64,000 bases of DNA from Spirochaetia bacterium (GTDB lineage: Bacteria > Spirochaetota > Spirochaetia > UBA9216). The translations under genes and the position numbers were made by a program. Location: positions 224,001 through 288,000 of the forward strand of contig CAXXYH010000004.1 in assembly GCA_963677925.2 (NCBI GenBank), read 5' to 3'. How positions within the stretch are numbered: the first letter of the stretch is position 1; every line of letters starts with the position of its first letter. Positions 1 through 9,301 of this stretch are shown here, piece by piece. The notes beneath the pieces were generated by a model, which was not told where the DNA came from, did not search any database, and saw only the letters and a list, made by a program, of their open reading frames with translations.

Positions 1-347
1 TTGAACATTAATAATATATTTACACCAAGCAGGAGGGTAACGAAGAACTCACCTCCTGCAATCATGAAATCACCCGAAATGACTCTTATCACTGAAAAGA
101 GAAGGAAAAAGATCCCGAGTATAAAATTTATCCTGTAAAGTGTGACTACCTTCTCCTGAAAATTCTCACTCTCATTTTTATAAATCGATTTTAACCTGAC
201 TGAAACATTCATAAATTTCTCCCCCAGAAAAATTATAGGATATCTGAAAGGGAATATAAACACAAAATTAATTTTTTAAGGCTAAATAATCTTAGAAAAA
301 CAGATAAAAAGATTGACAATTTCCATCGTTAAAGAGATCCTAAGAAG

Positions 348-1634
348 ATGAAAAAATCATTACTCCTGACTAAGATTCTTACACTGGTTTTAGTAATTGC
401 ACTTAATATTTTCTTACTACAATACATAAGAAAAAATCTAATCCTTACTGTCAGCGATATTAATAATGATTCTCTGGTTCACATCTCAGATCAGCTGAAC
501 TCCCAGACCGGGTTCATGAATACAATGACCGCCGCCGTATTTGAAACAGCTATAATTCCGGCATTATCGGGCCTTCCATCTAATTCAGAAAGCCGACTGA
601 ACAGTGAATGTGAACGGATTTTCAACGGCCTGGAAGGACATATTATTTCAGGAATGAAAGTCAGTTACGGAGGCTACAATTTCAGTTCCGGAGAAATTCC
701 GGCATCAGGCAGCAGGCTGCTTGTTACAGACAGTTTTTCAGCCCGCGGAGCCTCAGACTATATAAATACAGAGTTTTACTATCCGCTTGAAAACCTTCTT
801 ACAGATATTTCCGGAGTCACCGGCATTACAGTTTTAAAAGATGCTGCCGATTCCGGAATTCCGGAAAAACTGACTGAATACAGCAGTAAGATTATTAATG
901 TCGCCGAAGGCGGTAATTCGGAAGCGCTGAGTACAAATGACACCGAGGGCCTGGTCATAATTCCTCTTGAAAAATATTCAGGAGTCAGAGGCTCGGTTCT
1001 AATAGCTGAAATCAATAATCCTTCACTGGAGCTTCTTTATCATAACAGTAAAATAATCCTGATACTTCTTACAGTAATATTTGCTACTGTAACCGCATTT
1101 ATCCTGTTTATACATATTAAACAGAAAATTGTGAAAGATCTTATTGCTCACGATCCTCTTACTGGTGCTTTCTCGCGTCTGCAGATATTTAACCTGCTTA
1201 AGGGGGAATATATCCGTTCTAAAAGATACGGTACTCCGGTATCAATAATACTTTTTGATATTGATCATTTTAAACAGATAAACGACAGATACAATAAAGC
1301 AGCAGGGGATTCAATTCTTCAGATTTTCAGTAAAACAATAATGAAAGATCTCAGAACTACTGATTATTTCGGCAGAATTGGTGGGGACCAGTTTATGCTG
1401 CTTCTGCCCGAGACAGACAGGGACGGAGCATACCAGCTTGGAAAGCTTACCCTCGAGCGCATTCACCAGACAAATTTTCCGGAAGTCGGAAAATTAAGCT
1501 GCAGCATGGGAATAGGTGAAATAAGTGAAGCAGACTCCAGCCTTGATGCTTTTATTGACAGGATAGAATCCGGTCTATTCCTGTCAATGCAGACAAGAAG
1601 AGACCAGATTACTGTAGTAGCTTCAATTACTTAA
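348..1634 (+). CDS. Membrane-bound GGDEF-domain protein with degenerate GGDQF active site
   Basis: Two hydrophobic segments flank an extracytoplasmic region. The C-terminal domain has DPLTG, DIDHFKQIND, an RxxD I-site (RTTD) and GGDQF. Confidence 0.85.
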   Translation: MKKSLLLTKILTLVLVIALNIFLLQYIRKNLILTVSDINNDSLVHISDQLNSQTGFMNTMTAAVFETAIIPALSGLPSNSESRLNSECERIFNGLEGHIISGMKVSYGGYNFSSGEIPASGSRLLVTDSFSARGASDYINTEFYYPLENLLTDISGVTGITVLKDAADSGIPEKLTEYSSKIINVAEGGNSEALSTNDTEGLVIIPLEKYSGVRGSVLIAEINNPSLELLYHNSKIILILLTVIFATVTAFILFIHIKQKIVKDLIAHDPLTGAFSRLQIFNLLKGEYIRSKRYGTPVSIILFDIDHFKQINDRYNKAAGDSILQIFSKTIMKDLRTTDYFGRIGGDQFMLLLPETDRDGAYQLGKLTLERIHQTNFPEVGKLSCSMGIGEISEADSSLDAFIDRIESGLFLSMQTRRDQITVVASIT

Positions 1635-1642
1635 GACTTTAA

Positions 1643-2911
1643 CTAGAAACCTGCTTTCAGGCTTTCCTGATCTATAACTGATTTGTATTCGGATTCCATT
1701 TCCATCATCCCGGCAGGAAATCCGTAGCCTTCCATTCTTTCCATGAAAGGTTCTGACGGAAAACATTCAGGCCCCTTAACCCCGCTGCCGGTCCAGAGCC
1801 CTTTAGCAACAAGCTCCATCATTATCACCGGGTTGAATGCTGTCTGTGCAACTACGGCCTGGCTTCCGTATTTATCCATACAATCCTTGTTGTCTACAAG
1901 CTGGTAAATATAAACACTTCGCTCTTTACCGTCTTTAAGGCCTTTCACCCACAATCCGGCAGAAAGCTGCCCCTTCATTCGGTCACCGATAGTGGCCGGG
2001 TCCGGAGCACAGGCTGCTACCACATCACGGGGAGAAACCTCAACTCCCTTTACCCGTACCTTTTCAGTCTTATCAAGGCCAAGCGCTTCAAGAGTCTTTA
2101 AAACACGCCTCATGTCGCGATCCACTCCAAACTTGAATGTTGCACGCTTAAGCCCCTTATCTGCAAAGGTTCTGGGTAACATCAGAACTTCCTCATGCTC
2201 GACATTAATAACCTCCTGCTCACCGACGGGTTCAGGAAATCTGAAAATTTCAGGCTCTGAAAAAGACTCGGTAACAAACCAGCCCTTATCCTTTTCCCAT
2301 ATCACGGGAGGATTAAGACATTCTTCTATAGTTGTCCATATTGAGAAACCGAATGCTACATCCAAACCTTCAACCTCAAGGTTATCAGCATCCCTTACAT
2401 TCAGTTCATGTATTTCATCAAAGAGATATTTATCAGCATAATTTGCAAAAACATTCACCATTCCCGGCTCAACACCTGAACCGCAGATTGCAAGACAACC
2501 TTTTTTAACCCAGTTTTCATCCTCAGCATACTGAAGATCCCCCAGCTTTAACGCTGTTTTTCCGTAAGGATCATCCTTGTCCCGCTCAGAAAGACTCATA
2601 GCCATATCCATATATGTACAGCCTGACTCATAGGCGGCGTTGAATATCGGCATATTGAAAACAGGATCACAGGCATTCATTATAAAATCAACTTTATGCT
2701 TCTCTGCCAGAGCTTTTATCTTTTCTTCATCAGAGGCATCAATCTGCTCCGCTACAAATCGTTTGTCAATTGACGCAACATCAGCCGCTCTCTGCTCGTT
2801 ATAGTCGCTAATGACCATTAGCTCCATCCATTCAGCCTGCGCATCATTCTTGGAAATGATTGAAGCAATCGCACTTCCTACTCCGCCTGCACCAACAAGT
2901 AATACTCTCAT
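1643..2911 (-). CDS. Saccharopine dehydrogenase / carboxynorspermidine synthase family oxidoreductase
   Basis: N-terminal GAGGVG Rossmann motif, YMDMA, GVEPG and EHEEV motifs. GGAG Shine-Dalgarno upstream. Confidence 0.85.
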   Translation of the reverse strand: MRVLLVGAGGVGSAIASIISKNDAQAEWMELMVISDYNEQRAADVASIDKRFVAEQIDASDEEKIKALAEKHKVDFIMNACDPVFNMPIFNAAYESGCTYMDMAMSLSERDKDDPYGKTALKLGDLQYAEDENWVKKGCLAICGSGVEPGMVNVFANYADKYLFDEIHELNVRDADNLEVEGLDVAFGFSIWTTIEECLNPPVIWEKDKGWFVTESFSEPEIFRFPEPVGEQEVINVEHEEVLMLPRTFADKGLKRATFKFGVDRDMRRVLKTLEALGLDKTEKVRVKGVEVSPRDVVAACAPDPATIGDRMKGQLSAGLWVKGLKDGKERSVYIYQLVDNKDCMDKYGSQAVVAQTAFNPVIMMELVAKGLWTGSGVKGPECFPSEPFMERMEGYGFPAGMMEMESEYKSVIDQESLKAGF

Positions 2912-2931
2912 TATCTACTCCTTTTATTTGT

Positions 2932-2947
2932 TTGTTTGTACAAACAA
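2932..2947. promoter_or_regulatory. Perfect 16-bp palindrome TTGTTTGTACAAACAA, candidate TetR operator
   Basis: Exact inverted repeat 20 bp upstream of the dehydrogenase start. Same TTG-N10-CAA geometry as the site at 3575-3600. Confidence 0.55.
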
Positions 2948-2964
2948 TAAATAATTTAAAAAAA

Positions 2965-3561
2965 CTAGCTCAACTGCTTAATGCAGTAGTCTGTGAACAT
3001 TTCCTTCAAAACCGATGCAGCAGCATCAAGTTCCTGCTTATCTCTGGTAACGGTATTATAATAACTGAGACCCTCCATTATTGCGATAAGGGCGCTTGAC
3101 AGTTCATCAAACTTACCGGAATTACTTTCACCGAAAACAGCATGCATCTCAGCAACTACTGCTTCCTTATCCCGTTTATACAGATCAGTAAAAATTTCTT
3201 TCACATGATCGTTTCTAAGACTCAGATTAAAGACATCAAACCAGACACGGTCATCAACAATCTGTCTTGAGTATTCCCAGAACCGCGCATCAAGAATTGC
3301 AGAAAGTCTTTTTTCCGGAGACTCAAAGCGGCTGAAATCGAGCATTAGAAATTCATCATAAGCTTCAACCATGTAATCGGCGAGAGAACAAATAATTTCT
3401 TCTTTGGAATCAAAATAATGCGTTAAAAGACTGGTAGCTACTCCCATGCTCTCCGCTATCTTGGCAAGGGTTGTATTCTCCAGACCTTCGCGTTTTACAA
3501 CTTCATAGGCATGCTCGAGGATTTCAGGCTTTCTCTGTTCGGCTTTGCTTTTTCTACCCAT
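2965..3561 (-). CDS. TetR/BetI-family transcriptional regulator (start moved to ATG 3561)
   Basis: TetR HTH (TTLAKIAESMGVATSLLTHYFDSKEE). The ORF-track extension to 3627 overlaps the predicted promoter. Confidence 0.85.
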   Translation of the reverse strand: MGRKSKAEQRKPEILEHAYEVVKREGLENTTLAKIAESMGVATSLLTHYFDSKEEIICSLADYMVEAYDEFLMLDFSRFESPEKRLSAILDARFWEYSRQIVDDRVWFDVFNLSLRNDHVKEIFTDLYKRDKEAVVAEMHAVFGESNSGKFDELSSALIAIMEGLSYYNTVTRDKQELDAAASVLKEMFTDYCIKQLS

Positions 3562-3574
3562 AGTTTTTTCAGTA

Positions 3575-3627
3575 ATAAATTGAATGACCGTACAATTTAT
3601 AATAAGCCTGCAGTATAAAGTTGTCAA
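3575..3627 (-). promoter_or_regulatory. Sigma70 promoter (TTGACA-N17-TATTAT) with overlapping inverted repeat ATAAATTG-N10-CAATTTAT
   Basis: -35 at 3627-3622 and -10 at 3604-3599. Perfect 8-bp arms at 3575-3582 and 3593-3600. Confidence 0.65.
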
Positions 3628-3685
3628 GCTACCAGAATATAATTACAATTAAATTATAAAAAAACAACCCTTATGGAGGTAATCA

Positions 3686-3925
3686 ATGGATTTTGAAACA
3701 GAACTGCAGAATAAATTTGTCTGTCCAAAATGCAGGAGCATCGGCGGAGCTGTAAAAAGAGTCAGTATGAGCGGCGCAGGTCTTTCCAGACTGGTCAATC
3801 TTCAGCATAACACCTTCATTGCCGTTTCCTGTATCAGATGCGGATACACGGAATTCTATAATCCGGAAGTCTATGAGGGCAAGAATAATGCAATGAATAT
3901 TCTGGACTTACTGTTCGGAGTATAA
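3686..3925 (+). CDS. Small zinc-ribbon protein (DUF2082-like)
   Basis: CPKC and CIRCGYTEFY motifs. GGAGG Shine-Dalgarno. Confidence 0.8.
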   Translation: MDFETELQNKFVCPKCRSIGGAVKRVSMSGAGLSRLVNLQHNTFIAVSCIRCGYTEFYNPEVYEGKNNAMNILDLLFGV

Positions 3926-3951
3926 GATAATATTAAAGGAAGAGAACATCT

Positions 3952-4485
3952 ATGGCATATTATAAAAAAGTACAGGGAAAACGATGCTACCTCTCCCCCA
4001 TCGATTGCGAAGATTATAAACTATATACGGCATGGTTAAATGATCCTGAAGTGACCGAAAACCTTACTCTTTCAGATAAGGTAATTACAGAATCCGGAGA
4101 GCGGTCAATTCTTGAAACCCTGTCAAGAGAACACTCCTATACGATAGTGCTCAATGAAGGGGATCAACCAATCGGAGTATGCGGATTTCATGTAGTCGAT
4201 CAGAGAAACAGAACATGTGAAATCGGCATTTTTATCGGAGAAAAAAATCACTGGGGTAAGGGATACGGAACTGAAGCCATACGCCTGCTCATAGGGTATG
4301 GAATTGACTATCTGAATCTTCACAGCTTTTTAATCTCTGTTTATTCATTCAATAAGCGCGGATATAAATGCTACACCGGACTTGGTTTTAAGGAAATCGG
4401 TACGAGACGTAAGTGTATCCGTCAGAAGGGTGAATATCATGATATGATTTATCTCGACATGCTTGCAGAGGAGTTTGAACGCTGA
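3952..4485 (+). CDS. GNAT N-acetyltransferase, RimJ/RimL-SpeG type
   Basis: EIGIFIG, WGKGYGTEA acetyl-CoA motif, N-x-x-x-x-x-CY-x-x-LGF. Confidence 0.88.
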   Translation: MAYYKKVQGKRCYLSPIDCEDYKLYTAWLNDPEVTENLTLSDKVITESGERSILETLSREHSYTIVLNEGDQPIGVCGFHVVDQRNRTCEIGIFIGEKNHWGKGYGTEAIRLLIGYGIDYLNLHSFLISVYSFNKRGYKCYTGLGFKEIGTRRKCIRQKGEYHDMIYLDMLAEEFER

Positions 4486-4488
4486 AAA

Positions 4489-5418
4489 ATGAAAAATAAC
4501 AGTCCTGAAATTATATGCTGCGGACATGCAGCTTACGACATTAACTTTATGATGCCTTTATATCCGGTAGAAGATCAGAAATACCGGATAGATACACTGG
4601 TTGAGACAGGAGGCGGCCCGGCTGCAAATGCAGCCTGCCTTAATGCAAAATGGGGACTGTCCTCTGCTTTTGCCGGTCTGGTTGGCAAGGATATCTACGG
4701 TGATAAAATTCTTAACGAATTGAAAGAATGGAATGTAGATACCTCCCTGGTTGAACAGAGAGAGCAGAGTAATACACCTCTTTCTGCAATTGTTGTCAAC
4801 ACGAGTTCAGGAACAAGGACGCTTCTAAACCGCAGAGATGAATCGGAACAGTCTGAGGTTTCCGAACAGCTTATAGAAAGACTCTCTAAAATGAACCCCT
4901 CTATCCTGCTGTTTGACGGCCATGCACTTAATTTAAGCCTCAAGCTTGTAGAGATGTTTCCAAGGGCGGTTAAAATTATGGATGCAGGAACCCTGCGTAA
5001 TTCAACTGATACCCTTAGCAGGCTGTCTGATTACGTCATCTGCAGCACCGCCTATGCCTGCGAACTTGCCGGACTGGAAAATCTTAATACACATGTTCTC
5101 CAGAAAAAGGCGGTCGATGTTCTTACCGAACGCTATAACGGTTTAAGTATAGTTACCATGGGTAAAAGGGGTGTATGCTACCGGAAAAACAGTGCCGCCA
5201 TAACCATGCCGTCCTACAGTGTAAAAGCCGTTGATACCACCGGGGCGGGAGATGTTTTTCATGGAGCCTTTGCCTACGGTATAGCGAAGGGGCTGAATCT
5301 GCAGAAAAACCTCAACTTTTCATCAGCAGCCGCGGCTCTTTCAACAACAAAGCCCGGCGGCAGAACCTCTATACCGGAACTGGAGGAGACTCTTCAACTC
5401 TGCGGATTATCATTCTGA
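4489..5418 (+). CDS. PfkB-family carbohydrate kinase
   Basis: GGGPAANAA and DTTGAGDVFHG PfkB signatures. Confidence 0.9.
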   Translation: MKNNSPEIICCGHAAYDINFMMPLYPVEDQKYRIDTLVETGGGPAANAACLNAKWGLSSAFAGLVGKDIYGDKILNELKEWNVDTSLVEQREQSNTPLSAIVVNTSSGTRTLLNRRDESEQSEVSEQLIERLSKMNPSILLFDGHALNLSLKLVEMFPRAVKIMDAGTLRNSTDTLSRLSDYVICSTAYACELAGLENLNTHVLQKKAVDVLTERYNGLSIVTMGKRGVCYRKNSAAITMPSYSVKAVDTTGAGDVFHGAFAYGIAKGLNLQKNLNFSSAAAALSTTKPGGRTSIPELEETLQLCGLSF

Positions 5419-7428
5419 AAAGCTGAATCCCCAGCAGAATTCAGAAGCAGAGAAATCCCATCCCGCATAAAGATTAAGGGGTACTGGTTTAAGCCCAATC
5501 AGAGAAACATCCGAATGCACAAAAAGCCCCGCGCCGGCACCCGGCTCATCAGTGTAAGCAAAAACCCCGTAGGCTCCCGCCTTAATATTCTGAAATATAA
5601 TTATCTCAGAAAAAGCCGGCTCAAACATATAGGGGTTAAACAAAAGTCTCATTTCATTGAAGAAAAGCTGCGGATATCCTGCTGCCGGAGCATCCTGTTC
5701 AAAGGGATACGGGGAGTATTGTACAGCAGAAAGTTTGAGAGAATCTCTTTTAAAAAGGGGAACAGTTCCGGAACTAAGTGGATACCGGCCCAGAGCCCGG
5801 TTCTCTAAAAGCAGCAGGGTTTCGGTCCCGGGAACTGCAGCAGTCAGTGAAAGCTCCGCAAGTCCGAACAGGTTTTCAAAATCCCGCCCCTGAAGCCCAG
5901 CGCCAGCATAGATTTTAAAAGGTTTTTCTGAATCTGCATTGGGAAAAAGTGTTGCTTCCAGAGTTCCTGTGTAGAGACTGTCAGACAAAGACCACGAACT
6001 GTCCGTTGCAAATTCCGCCTTAACATTCAAACCGGTTCTAAACTTTTCAGAGGCAAAGGGGATCAGGCGCAGTTGCCCGTAATAATAGCCGGAATCAAAG
6101 AGCTCACCAAATTCGGTAATATTTTCAAAATCCCCTGTTAATGAAATTCCGGTTCCGGCACGAAGGTTTAAAAAATAAAAGGGGTCATAGCTTAACCCGG
6201 AAAAAATCATCGGATGCAGATCCCCGCCTGCCGGAGAAAAAACTTCTGCCCCTGCCCCGGCCTGCATACTGAAAAGGCCTGTCCTGAAGTCGGCTCCAAG
6301 GCCTGCATTATACCCGCTGTCCAGATAAAACTCGTCTGCAATGCCTTCAGGAAACATAGCGGTAAAAACAAGGTTAAGCTCAGATGGAGCAACAGGAATA
6401 CTTTCAAGATATCTGTATTCACGGTTGGCATCGTCCATTCTCATCCTGTATGACTCCCGGTATTCTCCTAAAGTCTCAGATACTCCGCCGTTGCTGAAAT
6501 CACTCAATACAGAGCTCAGCATATCCGTTGATCGGTACCCGGCCTCACTTATTTCATTGATAAGATTGAAGGACATGAAAGAATAATGCTCTACATCGCA
6601 CCTTATCAGAACAGGATCAAACAGTTTCAGCTGAGAGATCCCTGTCCGGCTCTTCCCTACATCCATGGCTATATTCAGAATAGTCAGCGGGTTTTTCAAA
6701 TCAAGTTTAGGATTATCATAGAAGGCTGTAGCCGCAATTATCCGGTCTGAATATTTATAGGCAACATCCAGCGGAACCAGATTGGAAATACCGCCGTCAA
6801 TCAGAGTATAGCCGCCCATTTTGACCGGATTAAAGTAAACCGGCAGCGCATAGGAGGCCTCCATCACAGTCAGAAGCTCTCCTTCTGCAATGCGGATCTG
6901 CTGCTTTGAACCAATATCTTCACAGACAACCATTATTGGAACAGGAAGCTCTGACAGGTCTGGATTTCCCAGATACGATCTTATAAGTCCGCTGAACAGG
7001 CTGACATCCATAAGACCGCCCTCAAGCGGCATTACAATATTAAACAATTCTCCGATATTTGTAGTATTAACAGCCTCCTGTATCATATCAGGCGACATTC
7101 CGGCGGCATACATCAGCCCGACTATAGCACCCATCGAATTGGCAACTATAAAATCGGGAACTATTCCCAGCTCCTCAAGACGTTTAAGAACGCCGATATG
7201 TGCAAAAGCCCTGGCGGAACCTCCGCTTAAAACAAGACCGACAGGTTCACGGGTTCCGCCTGTTTTTTCATTAATCCGCTGAATAAATTTTTCTTCACCA
7301 AGAAAAACAGGCAGATCCGCAGACATAATGCGGTCAGGAACATCCTGTGCGAACAGCCTCAAGAGACTGAAAAACAATGTAAAAACCAATAATATTTTTC
7401 TGTATACAGATTTGCTGTGCTGGTACAT
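5410..7428 (-). CDS. Secreted patatin-like phospholipase with C-terminal beta-rich (barrel-like) region
   Basis: Signal peptide, LSGGSARAFAHIG oxyanion motif, ANSMG nucleophile elbow, DGG. C-terminus has alternating hydrophobic strands ending WGFSFSE. Confidence 0.8.
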   Translation of the reverse strand: MYQHSKSVYRKILLVFTLFFSLLRLFAQDVPDRIMSADLPVFLGEEKFIQRINEKTGGTREPVGLVLSGGSARAFAHIGVLKRLEELGIVPDFIVANSMGAIVGLMYAAGMSPDMIQEAVNTTNIGELFNIVMPLEGGLMDVSLFSGLIRSYLGNPDLSELPVPIMVVCEDIGSKQQIRIAEGELLTVMEASYALPVYFNPVKMGGYTLIDGGISNLVPLDVAYKYSDRIIAATAFYDNPKLDLKNPLTILNIAMDVGKSRTGISQLKLFDPVLIRCDVEHYSFMSFNLINEISEAGYRSTDMLSSVLSDFSNGGVSETLGEYRESYRMRMDDANREYRYLESIPVAPSELNLVFTAMFPEGIADEFYLDSGYNAGLGADFRTGLFSMQAGAGAEVFSPAGGDLHPMIFSGLSYDPFYFLNLRAGTGISLTGDFENITEFGELFDSGYYYGQLRLIPFASEKFRTGLNVKAEFATDSSWSLSDSLYTGTLEATLFPNADSEKPFKIYAGAGLQGRDFENLFGLAELSLTAAVPGTETLLLLENRALGRYPLSSGTVPLFKRDSLKLSAVQYSPYPFEQDAPAAGYPQLFFNEMRLLFNPYMFEPAFSEIIIFQNIKAGAYGVFAYTDEPGAGAGLFVHSDVSLIGLKPVPLNLYAGWDFSASEFCWGFSFSE

Positions 7429-7523
7429 AACTATTTTATTTGCCGCTCTTTTTCAAAACCTTTATATTGATTATATATGCTTATAACACAACAGTAAAAT
7501 AAAAATGTTACTGGAGGATTATC

Positions 7524-8102
7524 ATGGTAAAAGGCAGTGAAAAAAGAACTAATAACAATAACGCAGATCAGATATTTATAGACCGATGGTCACCCAGAGC
7601 AATGTCGGGTGAACCATTATCAGAAGAGGACGCGCGAAAGCTGTTTGAGGCGGCAAGATGGGCACCCTCGTCAATGAATAACCAGCCATGGCGTTTCATA
7701 TATTCCATAAATGGCGATGAAAACTGGGATACTTTTTTCAATCTCCTTAACGCGGGCAACCAGAAATGGGCAGGAAAAGCAGGAATGCTCATGGTTATAG
7801 TATCAAAAAACACTTTTGATACCGGGAAGGAATCAGTAACCCACAGCTACGACACAGGAGCAGCCTGGGTAAGTCTTGCACTTCAGGGCTCCTTAATGGG
7901 ACTGGTAGTGCACGGAATGCAGGGCTTTGATTATGAGGCGGCAAGGGACAAGCTTGGAATACCGGAAGGGTATACAGTTGAAGCTATGGCTGCAGCAGGA
8001 AAACCGGGCGAGATTTCAGAGCTTCCGGAGAATCTTCAGCAGAGGGAAAGCCCCAATGACCGGAAACCGATCGAGGAAACAATCAGAAGAGGGCACTTCT
8101 AA
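7524..8102 (+). CDS. Nitroreductase family protein
   Basis: RWSPRAM, AARWAPSSMNNQPW and HGMQGFD motifs. Confidence 0.9.
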   Translation: MVKGSEKRTNNNNADQIFIDRWSPRAMSGEPLSEEDARKLFEAARWAPSSMNNQPWRFIYSINGDENWDTFFNLLNAGNQKWAGKAGMLMVIVSKNTFDTGKESVTHSYDTGAAWVSLALQGSLMGLVVHGMQGFDYEAARDKLGIPEGYTVEAMAAAGKPGEISELPENLQQRESPNDRKPIEETIRRGHF

Positions 8103-8227
8103 AACAACGCTTAATTAATACCGGGGTTAATACAAAACTAACAATTCCCGTATATGATACTTTGAAATATTGATAAAGCATATTAAACTAGTATTATTCA
8201 TGTTCAATGCTTATCAGGAGTGTCAAA

Positions 8228-9289
8228 ATGTCAAAGACAAAGGGAATGAAAATAGGAATACTTACCGCCGGAGGAGACTGTCCCGGACTTAATGCTGCGA
8301 TCAGAGGTGTCGGAAAGACTGCTATCCTGAAATACGGCATGGAAGTCTACGGATTTTCCTCCGGATACCTCGGTCTTGTGAATAACGAGTACAAACAGCT
8401 CTCAGAAAGAGACCTATCAGGCATCCTGACAGTCGGGGGAACAATCCTCGGCACTTCAAGAGAAAAACCATTCAAACATTCAGAATATGATCAGTATGTA
8501 GTGAGTAAGCCCGAGCAGATTAAGGAAAACTATGCAACCTTAGGCCTTGACTGTGTGGTCTGCATCGGCGGAAACGGGACAATGAAAACCGCAGGCAAGC
8601 TGCAGGAAGAGGGGCTGAATGTAATCGGAATCCCGAAAACTATTGATAACGATGTATGGGGTACCGACAGAACGTTCGGTTTCGATTCTGCCGTCACAAT
8701 AGCTACAGACGCCATCGACCGAATACATACAACCGCGAACTCTCATAAGCGTATCATGGTGGTTGAAGTCATGGGACACCATACCGGTTGGCTGACACTC
8801 TTTTCAGGAGTTGCCGGCGGAGGAGATATCATCCTTATTCCGGAAATTCCCTATGAACGAAAAATACTGAAAAAATATATAATGAAAAGAGCTGAATCAG
8901 GAAAACCTTACTCAATCGTAGTTGTTGCAGAAGGTATCAGAGTTCCGCCGAAAAAGAACGGGCAGCCGAGTGTGAAAAGTGCCGGAAGGTATATTTCAGA
9001 AATCATTCAGAAAGATACCGGCATTGAAACCAGGGACACCATACTCGGCTACATACAGCGCGGAGGCTCACCCTCCGCCACTGACCGTGTCCTGGCAACC
9101 GAGCTCGGAGCCTTTGCCGCAAAAATGATTTCAGAGCAGAAGTTCGGGCATATGGCGGCAATTCAGGACAGAACACTCACCTCAATACCTCTGAGCGATG
9201 TGGCGGGAAAACTGAAACTTGTACCGCCTGACTATCCGCTCATTCAGTACGCAAGAAATCTGGACACCTGCTTCGGCGACGGCAAATAA
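8228..9289 (+). CDS. pfkA: 6-phosphofructokinase (group III type)
   Basis: GGDCPGLN, GGTILGTSR, GGNGT, PKTIDND, EVMG. Start set at ATG 8228, which follows AGGAG. Confidence 0.92.
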   Translation: MSKTKGMKIGILTAGGDCPGLNAAIRGVGKTAILKYGMEVYGFSSGYLGLVNNEYKQLSERDLSGILTVGGTILGTSREKPFKHSEYDQYVVSKPEQIKENYATLGLDCVVCIGGNGTMKTAGKLQEEGLNVIGIPKTIDNDVWGTDRTFGFDSAVTIATDAIDRIHTTANSHKRIMVVEVMGHHTGWLTLFSGVAGGGDIILIPEIPYERKILKKYIMKRAESGKPYSIVVVAEGIRVPPKKNGQPSVKSAGRYISEIIQKDTGIETRDTILGYIQRGGSPSATDRVLATELGAFAAKMISEQKFGHMAAIQDRTLTSIPLSDVAGKLKLVPPDYPLIQYARNLDTCFGDGK

Positions 9290-9301
9290 AAAAGGACTCA
9301 C

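Noticed and set aside
29-138. 8-bp hairpin (GCAGGAGG/CCTCCTGC) and a 24-codon ORF MKSPEMTLITEKRRKKIPSIKFIL at the window start
   Set aside because: No T-tract, no second copy in the window, and no suitably spaced Shine-Dalgarno. Upstream context is missing.
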